NCBI RefSeq assembly: GCF_001194135.2
Contig: NC_068990.1
Coordinates: 84,777,100 to 84,838,695 of the forward strand
Reading direction: 5' to 3'
DNA from: Octopus bimaculoides
Taxonomy: Eukaryota
DNA length: 61,596 nucleotides
Part shown: positions 12,531-25,700 of the stretch, one piece after another
Position numbering within the stretch: the first letter of the stretch is position 1
Layout of the letters: each line of letters opens with the position of its first letter
Notes under the pieces: generated by a model
Databases searched by the model: none
Told to the model about the DNA's origin: nothing
The model's input: the letters and a program-made list of their open reading frames with translations, nothing else
Made by a program: the position numbers and the translations under genes

Positions 12531-15500
12531 TGTAAACTTCTACTTTTCAGATATTCTATAGCTGGATGCCCTTACTGTTGCCAAGCAAAATAATATTTTC
12601 CCATAGCTGGACATGTTTTCACAGAAGATTGAAAATGAAGGACACTGCTTGTATTACAATCCCATGGCATCAAGACAAGGAGACTCTCTCTCTCTCTCTC
12701 TCTCATACACACACACACACTTTAGGCTTCTCTCACTTTCCATTTACCACATCCACTCACAATGCTTTAGTTGGCCTAGAGCTATAGTGGAAGATACTTG
12801 CCAGAAGTGCTACTCAGTGGGACTGAAGTCAAGACTACAGAATTACAAAAGGAAATTTCATAACCACAGAAAAGATATTGGGGGTTGAAGAACAGATTGC
12901 ATATGCTCTATAATAGGATCATGTACAAGTATTTATCTTGTGAAATTATGTTATCAACTTCTTAATGAGATTTGTATAGATATTTTCGCTTAAATATAAT
13001 TAATTACATATAGCATCATATATGGTAACCTGTAACTACAGAAAATTTGTTGAACAAATTGCTAAAGCAGGTTAAACAGACGCGAGTTAAATCTTCTGGA
13101 GAGGGTGCTAGTCTACTGCTGATACATATATGAACATTTGTTAACTTTCCACATTTTGCACCAACCCAGCTGACAACAATAAAGAATTACAAAGAAAGTT
13201 AAGCAATCTACCTCAAGATCCACAACAGGTATGTTATTGCTGTTGGTTTTGCCATTAACTTCACCATTTTCATGAGGATTGTTTACTAGAACCGGGATCA
13301 AACTTGGTTTTGTCTTGCCGTTTTGTGTAGGTTGTTGATTCTCTTTGTTTTCTACATCATAACCTTTAATTAAATAAAAATAAGAAATTTGTAAGAAAAC
13401 AATGGAGGTGGAAATTCATAAGTATTTTGTAATGAGGATAATATACTCACGCTTGTGTATATATATATATATATATATATATAATTTAGAGAAAAACCAC
13501 TATCAAATAATTCAATAATGAAGAATATAATTCATACCCTCCATATATATATTCTTCATTACTGAATTATTTAATAGTGGTTTTTCTCTAAATTATATAC
13601 ATATATTTTATATTTCTAAATTTGATTTAGTTTTGCTAAATTGAATTTTTTTCCCCCTGTAAGTTTGGATTTTATTCCATATATATATATATATATATGT
13701 GCATATGTGGGTATAGGACGTGGCCAACAGTAATCATGAAATACGAAAACAAATTAGTTAAATACACAAATAATGAGAGAGAAAGGACAAGTAATACAAA
13801 GAATGACCCTTCATCAGTTGTAGCCAGTAATTTGAGGAGAAGGGATTAGTTGATACCTGAAACACCAGAACTTTGTTTTCATCACTACCAGAGAGATGAA
13901 AGGCAAAATTAGAAGGAACAGGATTTGAACTCAGCATGTAAAATGCTAGAAGAAATAACATAAGGAATTTTTCTGTTGCACTTCATGATTCTACAAACCC
14001 ACCACCTTTCATCATCATCATTTAACGTCCGCTTTCCATGCTAGCATGGGTTGGACGATTTGACTGAGGACTGGTGCAACCGGATGGCTACACCAGGCTC
14101 CAATCTAATTTGGCAGAGTTTCTACAGCTGGATGCCCTTCCTAACGCCAACCACTCAGAGAGTGTAGTGGGCGCTTTTACGTGTCACCCGCACGAAAACG
14201 GCCACGCTCGAAATGGTGTCTTTTATGTGCCACCCGCACAAGAGCCAGTCCAGGGGGACTGGCAACGATCTAACTTGGCTTGCCGGGTCTTCTCACNNNN
14301 NNNNNNNNNNNNNNNNNNNNNNNNNNNNNNNNNNNNNNNNNNNNNNNNNNNNNNNNNNNNNNNNNNNNNNNNNNNNNNNNNNNNNNNNNNNNNNNNNNNN
14401 NNNNNNNNNNNNNNNNNNNNNNNNNNNNNNNNNNNNNNNNNNNNNNNNNNNNNNNNNNNNNNNNNNNNNNNNNNNNNNNNNNNNNNNNNNNNNNNNNNNN
14501 NNNNNNNNNNNNNNNNNNNNNNNNNNNNNNNNNNNNNNNNNNNNNNNNNNNNNNNNNNNNNNNNNNNNNNNNNNNNNNNNNNNNNNNNNNNNNNNNNNNN
14601 NNNNNNNNNNNNNNNNNNNNNNNNNNNNNNNNNNNNNNNNNNNNNNNNNNNNNNNNNNNNNNNNNNNNNNNNNNNNNNNNNNNNNNNNNNNNNNNNNNNN
14701 NNNNNNNNNNNNNNNNNNNNNNNNNNNNNNNNNNNNNNNNNNNNNNNNNNNNNNNNNNNNNNNNNNNNNNNNNNNNNNNNNNNNNNNNNNNNNNNNNNNN
14801 NNNNNNNNNNNNNNNNNNNNNNNNNNNNNNNNNNNNNNNNNNNNNNNNNNNNNNNNNNNNNNNNNNNNNNNNNNNGCTATTCTTATTCTAGCAGTTACAC
14901 TTTCAGCGCACCCACCCCCACTACTAACTTGGTCACCCAGATAGCGGAAGCTATCAACTACCTCTAGTTTTTCTCCCTGGAATGAGATAGAAGTTGTTTC
15001 CTGTTTGTTCACAGTGAACATCTGCCACATACAAAGACTAACTTTGTAGCTAATCTGCCTTTGATATTGCTGCACCTCTTATGTGTCCATAGCTTGCACT
15101 GGGTACATCTTATAGAGTTACTACCTATTCCTTTACTGCATACTGAGCAGGGCCATCTACCTGAAGGGGTTTGTGTTTTATCTACCTTCCTACTTATTAG
15201 TATTTTGAGTTTTGCTAGGTTGACTCTAAGACCCTTCGATTCTAGTCCTTGCTTCCACACCTTAAACCTCTCCTCTAGTTCTGATAGTGACTGCGCAAAC
15301 AACTTACAAGTCAAAGAATTATTTTCATTCTCTGGTAATAGGGAGTTCTCTCTATTTACAAACTCTGCGTTAAACATTGACTGCTGTTGTTCTGGCTGCC
15401 ATTGCATAGCTGAAGAGTTGTGGTCTTCAGTTTCAGTCTTCAACTGTAAGCTGTTTTCTATTGCTAACTTCATCCGTTCTTCTTCACTCAAGCTAAACAG

Positions 15501-18500
15501 ATCATCATTACTTAAATACTTCACCCCTGAAAATAAACAAATTGGGAGGTTAATTGAATGTTTTGACTGGTAGTTATTTGGTCACATATTTAATGCATTG
15601 GGAGGGGATAAAAATATTAATCAATGATTGTTTTAATCTTTCCTGCAAATACAAGACATCTCTTGACATGTTCTGGTATTATTCTGACTCCATCAGCTCA
15701 TAAGTGAAGTAAATAATTCAGAGATATCAACATCATCATTTTGCAGCTAGATATCCTTCATGTCATCCAACCCTTTTAGTTGTTTATGACATGTAGAGGC
15801 ATGTATCTTTCCTAATACTAGGTAATATTTCACCATGAAAGACAGGAAATTAATAACATTGCTTGTATGACAGTGATGTCCAATTTAAAATCATCAAATG
15901 GTGTCAAGACAAAAGTAAACAAAAACATGCACATACACTGGGCTTCTTTCAATTTCTGACTGACAAATCCACTCACAAGATACTTGCCCAAGGTGTCATG
16001 CAGTGGGACTGACAAGACCACATGGTTGGAAAGCAAGCCCTTAACCACACAGCCATACCTACATATATTCATTATGTAGAATAATTTTCTTCAGCACTTT
16101 AATTCTGCTCTGGAAGTGTTTTGGAGCTATTTTTACAAAAATCCATACAGATTGGCAGACAAAAACAAGAACCAATACATATAAAACACTAGTGTTGTTT
16201 GTTTCTATCATGGTACTGACTTTTGTAACCAGAAAGCACATTCACCAAATGTTTCATCATCAAGCTTAATAATTAATAGTTGTCTCCATTTTCCAGACTT
16301 ACCGTTTTCCATGGGTTTTGTCTCCGAAGAATTATCTTTAGGTGTACTGCAGTAAACTGCTAACTGAAATCAAATTAGAAATATTATATCGATAAGGATA
16401 TTTTGTAATGTGGTTTACATGCATAAATATTAAGGTGTTCAATACACATTAGTGGAGTATTTTACATGTTTGTCTGAATTATGGTCGCTGATGGTTGGGT
16501 TTCCTCCACACAGTTCACTGGAAATCCAATTTCCACATGTGTAGTGTGACAAGCTCTGAGAGAATTTCACTGAAAGTTTAAGACTTATGAACTCTCTTTA
16601 TCCTGGCTTAACTAGTCTGACAATAACATGGTCCAAACAGTGGCCAGTAGTATAAGAACCTGAAGAAGTAATTGGCAGGATCCCCACTAATGGTATTGTT
16701 CTCCTTAACATACCATAACTCCTGATCAACAATGCAAAGTTGACTCCAGAAAGATCTGAACTCAGGATAATTATTGACAGTTGAATATATATATACATAT
16801 ACCTGTATTTTGAAAGGCCAGCCTGTGTCGTGCTGAATCTCCCTCAGAACTACGTTAAGGGAACATGCGTCTGTGGAGTGCTCAGTCACTTGCACACTGA
16901 TTTCACAAGTAGGCTGATCCATTGATCGGATCAAGTGGAACACTTATAACCGTCAGAGTGCCTTATATGTTACACTAAATACAGAGAAGACTTATTAGCC
17001 ATTCAAAAATACACAAAAACTGTTAGTTTCACTTTAATTTCATTCATTATTTGGTGTCAAAATTTCTGTTGCACCAACCGTGACCTGGTCACTGATACAT
17101 TTTCATTGCAGAGGAGCTGCATGAAGTTAACAGACTGTGTGTTTTTGAATGGCTAACTTAAGCCTTCCATTCTGTAATTGCTTCAGCTTCAACACACAAT
17201 CCGAGATCAAATCACTTGCCTGTGTGATTGTGAGTAAGAAAATTTCATATTCCAACTCAAACACACCGAAAAAATGGTCAATAAATGTTTTTATGCATAT
17301 TGATAATTTAGGCATTATATAGTTAAAATAGTCACCACATACTTCAAGTATATAAACTACTTACCAATTTGGAATTTTGCCCAAATTCCAAATCATTGAA
17401 GAAAGAAAGATCTTGACTTTTAGTTGATTCCTAGAAACAGATAATTTCAAAATTAACATCTTCAGTTAAGCTATAGACATGCAATGCATGTAAGCGCTGA
17501 TTAAAACTGCAATTAATTCTCATATTACCACAGCAATCCATCTTTAACTTTTAGTTGTGGAGCTGTGGTTTAAATATTCTTAGCTGAAGCTATTTACTTC
17601 ATTAATGTTATCAATGCTTTTAAGTATGACCAGAAATATGCTACAACTTCTCACACCCAAAGTTTCTGGATTTTCTTCTTGTGAAGAATCTTTTGATTTT
17701 CTTATATATTTAAAACCTCTTAAATCAATATAACCAGCATAGCAGATAACCCACACATCAAATCAACAAAGAAAGTTTGTGCTTGATTGCTTAACTTGTA
17801 AGAAATAGCAGTCAGGTCTTCCAAAACATTACATGCTTATTAGCTCAAAAGAGGAGACAGGGGAATGCCATTCTTGATATTTGGTGTCCAAGTGAAAGAC
17901 CTGGTGACCGTGGCTGGAAGAGCAGCTTTGATCAGAGGTCAGCTCAGTTAGGACTGATTTGGAAATGAAACAACAGTAATATGCCATACTTCAAGCAATT
18001 GGCTATTTGATATAACATCTGAGCCTCCTTTTTTCCACTAATCATACTGATGTAGATTTGCAGAACCAGAGGAATTTGGGATAAAATACATTTATACTGT
18101 TGTATTTGGGGATGGTCATGTTGCCAGTTTAGCCAATAAAAACACACGCACTATATATTTGGTGTTAATTTGCTTCAGATTTATATTACATTAATCGTAT
18201 TTCGGCCAGAGTTCTTTCATCACACTTCTGTGACCTCATCAGTGGTCCTTTGCTTTCTTCTTTCATATTTCAACACATGATTTCACATCAAGAATCTTGC
18301 AAAACAAATATATATACATTTATACCGTTTTGATTATAACCCTTTATATCTTAAGTTCAGATCCAACCCAGGTCAACTATTTCTTCTCCATCTGAGGTCA
18401 AGAAAAATTACTGAACAAAATGACTAGTGGTCATATAATCCACTTCACTTTTTTAGGTGATGTTTCAAGTTGGTTGTAGTCTAGTGTGTATGTAAACAAT

Positions 18501-21500
18501 AAAAGAATTGATATAAAAAGAAACTAAAAGTAAAAAGTTAGTTACTTTGTTGTCAGTGTGATTGGATGGGTTCTCATGTATATTATTTGAGAATTCTTGT
18601 GCCAATGTTGAAATTGGGACAACACCTAAATCATCAGAGTTTTCCGCAGATTCAAATAAAGAACTACTGAAAAATGAAACACAAAAATTTATGATTTTAG
18701 TAATTGTTAAAGTTTGCAAATCATTATTCACATAAAAACAAATAAAAAAAACAGTGAAACAAGAATTGAAAACAGATTTTCAAGAAAAACATCCTCTTTG
18801 ATGCTATAATAAATTCTTAAAGACAAGATACACATTTCTAGTTTTAGGAAATGTCTGAAGACATTATCAACATCACCACATCTGTTTTCTTTTTTTTTAT
18901 GTTCATTCTATACTGACATGGGGAAGATGGATCTTATGGAGGCAATGTTTTTCCTGGTGATAATCCTTATTTACTTCCAACAGAGGTACTTATTCTCTTG
19001 ATCTGTCGAGCACCAAACAGCTCAACAGCCAGACGTGTCTTTATGGTTGACATTATGTTTTCTTTTAAGCAACATGTAGATGATGCCAGAACACAAACAC
19101 ATATACACATGCATATACTCTCACTCAATGAGTGAATCCCTAGCATGACCATAGTCTAATGACCGAACACGTAAAAGATAACAGAAAAAAGAAAATCAAC
19201 TGCTTCAACTTACACAGAATCTGTGTACTCAAGTCTTCTACAAAGTGATGAATCTTTCTCCATTTCTGTTCGGGCTACCGGTGAGCTGCAAATGTTACAA
19301 ATGTTATTTCAGTAGGCCATTAACAGGGACAGGAGAAACAGACAGTTTCAGTCAAATAAAGCAAACCAAATTTTAAGCCCAGCCAAGAGCATAACAATTG
19401 TAGCAATAAATTTTTAATTCACCTTAAACTCCATGGCCATTGTGCTGTCTTTATTGAATGTCCCTGCACTCACTCTCACCCCTGGTGACAGCTTTATGTT
19501 AAGACATCTCAGATCACCATGTTGCCCTGGCTTCCAAGACTAGTGAAAAGAGAAGAAGGAATCCTCAAACTGGATACCTGGTCCAAGTGCTTACAACAGA
19601 GTCATCATCAGACTCCACTAAAAGGTACCCAAGATGCCAGGTGGTGGTATTAAAATGGATCATGTCTACCATGTAGGCTACAGCAAGATTTGACTCAGAA
19701 TATTAAGAGCTAGAATAAATACTTCAAAATATTCCATCTAAGGCTCTATAAATTCTGCTAATCCATTGCCCTTGACTGGCCCTTTATTTTAACATCCCTG
19801 GAAAGATTAAAGACAAAGAGGACTCCAGCAGTTCAAAATTTGTTATATTCTGGCAAAAAGCCAGAATAAATACTACAAAGTATTTTGTTTGATGCTTTAA
19901 CAACTGCCATTTGTCTGAGTACACCTGTTTACCACCAGGGGCAGAAAGTGACATTTTGGTCTCCCAGTGTTCAGAAAATAAAGACGGAGTAAACAAGGAA
20001 GACACAAATGACTGAAGAAAGATGCAATGAAGGGAAGTGTGGGGTATGGAGCAAGAGAAAAGAGTCAAAGAAAGACAGTGAGAGAGAGAGAATGCAGTGG
20101 AGTAGGACAGGCTGCAGATGTCAATTGGATGTTGGTCAGAATGTTTTAAATCTAGTTTCTTTAGATTCCATCTTACTCAATGAGATAAGTACTTCTGAAC
20201 TTTGACCTCACAGCTATCGTGCACTCCATGATATAGAAAGGAATACCAATACTAATCTGGGAAATATCACTTGATGCTCCTATGAAATGGAAGGAAAAGA
20301 AAGAAACAAAACAACGTTCACATAATATTACTCACTCTGTGATGGGGTTGACTACTGAAATTACAGATGGTTGGTTCTGATTGTTACCAACAACAAACAC
20401 ACTAGCAGTGTGGTCCAATTCATTGCCAATACAATATACTCATTTGATATTACATTTTGTGAACAGAAGCACCATTAACTTCAGGTTTTCAATGAACCAA
20501 TGAGCATTTATAATGGCAAGAGAAGACTTGTGTAAACAATCCAACTTCATTATTGTATAGGTCTTACAGTGTAGATAGAGTGCATTTATAGTAACACTAC
20601 CACTTGCCCATTATACTATGCAGCAGAAACAGGTTCAAAACTATATGGTTACAAAATGAATCTTTTCACAATTATACTTATGACTACATAGATATATCAG
20701 GAATATATTGTGTGTACTGGATAAGCACTCCACACTCACCAGTTTTCTTCAATTCTTAATTATAATTGCAATATTCCATGTCTTTTATACTTGTCAGCCA
20801 CTGATGTAGATGATTCTCTGACATAGGGAGTCGATCCTTTATGATAAAGTATTGCCTTGTATGCATGGACATGCGAGACGAAAAGGTGTGTGTACACAAA
20901 ATAAGTGACTGCAATTATCTTACCTAGTGAAAAGGCTGTTAATAGAAGGTGCTGGAATAATGGTCTCTGAACAATGTGATGACAGCGTCAGATATTTAGG
21001 AATAGAAATATGCTGAATAACTTTTCTGTTACATGAAGCTGTGACACTGTATGTGTAGCGTTTCAAATGGAGGATTAATACTCTGGAATGAAAATAATCA
21101 ACATTATCATTATTGTCATAGACACCAAGATACCTCAATTATCAAAACTCACAGTAGACTTATAAAATCCGGTATCAGAACAAGTTTACTGTGCTTTGTG
21201 ACACTGTGGCAGCAAGCCTATACAAGCAAACTTATATTGTGACACGAGGAACAAAAATTTAGTTATTTATCATAGCACCAGATATAAAGATAATGTTATC
21301 TACTGTAATAGACACAAAGATTCCAATGGACAAAGTCCATAAAATAGGAAAGAGGTGTCACAAAAACTACACTGCCTGAAAATATTTGAACCAGATCTCT
21401 TATAGAAGAAAGAAGGCATAAGTAATTAACTGAAGGAAGGAAAATTTAAACTGCATCTGAGAAATCCAGATTGTTAAGTAATAAGTATATAATTATGTGT

Positions 21501-22761
21501 GTGTGAAGCATGCTAAAAGATTAAACAGGTTAAAAGCAATTTATCTTACCTCGGTAATCTACTGATGCATTTGGAAACTTCTGATTTATCGTGATTACAT
21601 TTAGCACATCGGTATTCCACATTTTCTTTGACAAAGAATAAGTCGAGAGCATCCTGAATACTTGGATTGCTGAAATTAGAGAATGAAAGCTGATGAAAGA
21701 GAGTAGAGTGAGAGGAGAGAATCAGAAGCCAAAAGAATGATGGAACTATGGTGTGTCAGACTGCTTTTGCTATTAGCCTTGTATTTAGAAATATGAGAGA
21801 GAGAGAAAAAATTACAAAAGTTAGGCTCACCATCCCTTTGGTATGTCCAATGATAAATCTATACACTGTTCAACTTTAGAGACAACAACACCACATCTAA
21901 AAACAACAAAATGAAATTAGTAATTCCTATTAGTAAATGGTTAAATGTTGGACAGTTGTACATTATAATCAACATTAGTAGTAGTTTAGCCCCAGGTCTT
22001 CACTCATCAACCAAAGCCTATGATCAAAACGTGTTCCGACCATGATTACACCTTATATAAGTGAATGGTAGCAATAGTAATTTGTCTTGTTGATTGTCTA
22101 TTTGGTTGGGTTTCTTTTCTTTTCTTCTCACTGGACACTCATGCATTGTGTTTGATGGGAGAGATAGATTATATCTCAGATCATATTCATCAGTGATCCG
22201 AATGAGATTTGGCTGCTATTTCTAGCAACTTTATATTGCTGCGTTGTGCTAAGAGTTCCGATCTCTCTGTCTCATGAGAAGACGAAATATTGGAACCCTT
22301 ATTAAATATCCTCCCATGAACTTACTTTAGCATCATCTACACAAAGGGGATGCGAATAAACAGAAACAATACGTAAGCATTCAACAATGAAAGATGTTGA
22401 AAGAACCTACAAGAGACATGCACAAGACAACAGCATTAACAACACTAATACAGCATACTGGTTGCAGCTGTAATATAGTTTGTTTAACTCAAGGACATTC
22501 CAGCCATGACCACATTGTCTTTTACCCAGAATGTTCTCAGATTACACTATCCAGTAAGTAGAGAGAGAGGAAAAACAAAACAAAAAAAAAAACAAGAGGG
22601 ATTTGTGAGAGACTTAGCTGCTTCCCCTAGAAGTTGAATGACCATAGAGAAGTTTCCTTATTACCTCATAGCCATGTCAAGGGTCTTTTTTGACCACAGA
22701 TTCATGAAACTGAAATGACATACAACTGTGTGTGAAGAGAGAGAGAGAGAGAGAGAAAGAA

Positions 22762-22794
<33 letters not shown>

Positions 22795-25700
22795 AAGGAA
22801 GAGATAATAGACAGAGGAAGAGATAATAGACAGAGGAAGAGATAATAGACAGAGGAAGAGATAATAGACAGGGAAAGTGAGGAAGGCAAATGGAAAGGAA
22901 GAGGGGGTAGAGAGAGAGAGAGAGAGAGAGAGGGGAAAAACAGTTTCAAATGCATCAGTGAAAATTAAGGATTTATCTTTTTACCGTTTACAAGTAATAG
23001 AGCGATTGATATCAAATTCGAAGTTCTGAACTGTGGGGTTAATGAAAGCATCTCTGCAGTTAGGGTCATCATCGGAACTGGAATTATTAAATGTAGGAAT
23101 ACTTGCGGCCAACTTGACCCCTTCTTCTTTCAGACAGTCAAGGACTTGGTTCAAACATTCATGAGCATCCTACAATATTTAGAATGAGAAAATGTTCCTT
23201 TAAACAATTTTGACTTTCTTTAAAAAAAAACAAATGCAGTTAATAGTTATAGGTGTGTGTTGTTGAACCAACAACCACATGAATGTGAAGTGAATTTCCT
23301 AATTACATGGCTATATTTGAACCACTATGTTAAAAGAAAGTAAGAGGTTGAATAGAACTTAGCAACTATGTAAAACAGGTGAACTAACTGAGAAACTGGG
23401 TTGAAAATATTGTCTTGCTTCAGTGTTGAAATACATCACTACACAACTGAAAGAAACAAAGTAGAAAAAAAATATGGACGTACCTGCATGTCATTACTTA
23501 AGAAATGTGTACCAACAGTTGATATAGCTTCTCTCACATTACCTAATAAGGTCACTTTACTAACATCAGATTCACTTTTGGTCTGTGAGATTAACAAATT
23601 GGCCATGGTACTGCAACAGGAATTTAAAATTTAAATTCATGTAAAACCAAAAAGGAAATTTTTTTTTTCAAAACATTATACAATGAAAACTGAATATCGT
23701 TACTCGTGGACAGATATATAATATATGAAATAGAGGGGTCAGGATGATACACTTTCTAAAACGTGCTGAGAGATAAAATTGTCTACTATTCATTCTGTTC
23801 CAAGGAATTGAGAGAATAGTAGTCAAATCTTTGCTTGCAAAAGATACCAATCTATAACAGGAAAGTACTTTTAGTGAGCACCAGGGTCAAAATTAGCTTA
23901 TGGGAGGTCAAACTTCACATACAGGACCTAGGATGATTTTTTTTGAGATTTTATCTGGGGGGTAAAATGTATCATATACCAGAGGTTCTCAATGTAAGTG
24001 GTACTATACCCAAAGAGACATTGGGCATGTTGAAGGGGGTAGTGAAGTAATTAACATACTAAATTTTACCTATAGTAGTAATTATATTATACACGATAAA
24101 ACCAGTAACAGTTATCAAAATGAAATGAAATCTCATCAGGCACAAGGAAGTTATTATCTTGCAATGTATAAAATAAATTTCAACTTTTGTCTTTTCTGAT
24201 TTTTATATCATTGCACTGTTAAAAACTTATACAATCCAATTTTAGAGTAAAAATTTAAAGATTATCATTTGTATTAGATTAGCTGTGATATCTCACTTGC
24301 AACTTAGGTGGGTGCTAAGCATAACTACTTNNNNNNNNNNNNNNNNNNNNNNNNNNNNNNCATCATTTAACGTCCATTTTCCATGCTGGCATGGATTGGA
24401 TGGCTTGACAGAAGCTGGCCATGTGTGACCACAGGTTCACAGACAATATTCTTTCTTATTACAAATAAAAGGTAGATGCAGAAAAAGTAGTTTACCTGTG
24501 TAAAGAACTGGGGTTTACTTTTGATACTTTACAGTTAATTAACAACAACTCAGTGGCAAAAGTCTCGAGACTAAAAAGAGACTGCAGGATTGCATTTAAA
24601 TAACAGGTATTGCCCATATTGGTGAGTCTGGGGGGAATAAGAGAAAGAAAAAAAAAGAAATGAATGCATGAGAACATGTAAACATTTACAAAGGCAAGGG
24701 ATAAATCAAAATAATTTGAAAGGTGGAACAAAGGGTAAATAAATTTATCAGTAAATTGGCTTATCTAAATTCATGCCAATGGTACATTTGGGTTATTTCC
24801 CATACATACATACAGACATACACAGAAATACAGACAGACAGACATACCAGTTGAATGACCCGGCACTGCCAAGGTTACTGCTGTTCTTATTCAGATTAGT
24901 AAATAAATATAAAGATATATTCTCATAATTATTTCAAAATATCCGAATTGTAATGATAATAGAATTTCAAACTGAAAATCTGTCGATGTTGAAGTACCTC
25001 AGGGTAAACAATATTCATTGAGAAATTTTTCGTTGGTGTTGAAATGAATAAACTGTTGCTGCTTCCAAGTCACAAACAAGCAACATAGAGTTGGCCGTGG
25101 GAGAAGCATGTAGTAGAGAGATCAAGTCCAACTACCTTGAGGGATATTGGCCCTGAGATTTCTTAATTGAAATATCAAAACTTAGTTTGACTGGAAACTA
25201 AAGTGTCTTAAATTCAAATAGAACATCTGTAGGTATGAGAGGAATTTTTGGAATAAAGACATTTTCTTCTTTGTGACTACCTGTTATGATTGTTGCTCGT
25301 AAGACATGAAGCTTCATGGAAGTAACAATTAAGCGAGTTCCATTACACAGGTGAGATGGGTCAAGATTCCTAAGCAACATAATGGAAGCATCCAGTTTTA
25401 GTGTCAAGTTCTGTGGTGTCAGTCATCACAAAAATGTATGCATATTCACACACACGCACACATCATCACATACACTCACACACAGTTGAAGAGTAAAACT
25501 TCAATTACCCTCTTAAAGCAAGTTTTGGCAAGGGGTAAATGGCTGGTACCGGAGGACTTTCTACCTTCTGCGGTTGAGAATTTGTTGACGAGTCCACCAA
25601 AAACCGTGCTCGTTTAACAGGTCTTGTTTCACATCTTTTCATCCTACAGAGAAAAAGAATGGTCAGTCAATAATATAACGTAATACCATTAAAAACACTT

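Noticed and set aside
13800-13830. Second CTGATGA box (minus strand) as a hammerhead
   Set aside because: No stem II/GAAA partner at a suitable distance.
14074-15075. Long ORFs of 200-300 aa in the track, and similar ones at 26.6-27.1 kb and 55.1-55.3 kb
   Set aside because: They are open only because they cross N gaps.
16608-16800. Protein-like frame NYPEFRSFWSQLCIVDQELWY.. in a USP37 intron
   Set aside because: No usable splice sites and no motif I can identify; the track ORF is fused to SINE sequence. It may be an old TE fragment.
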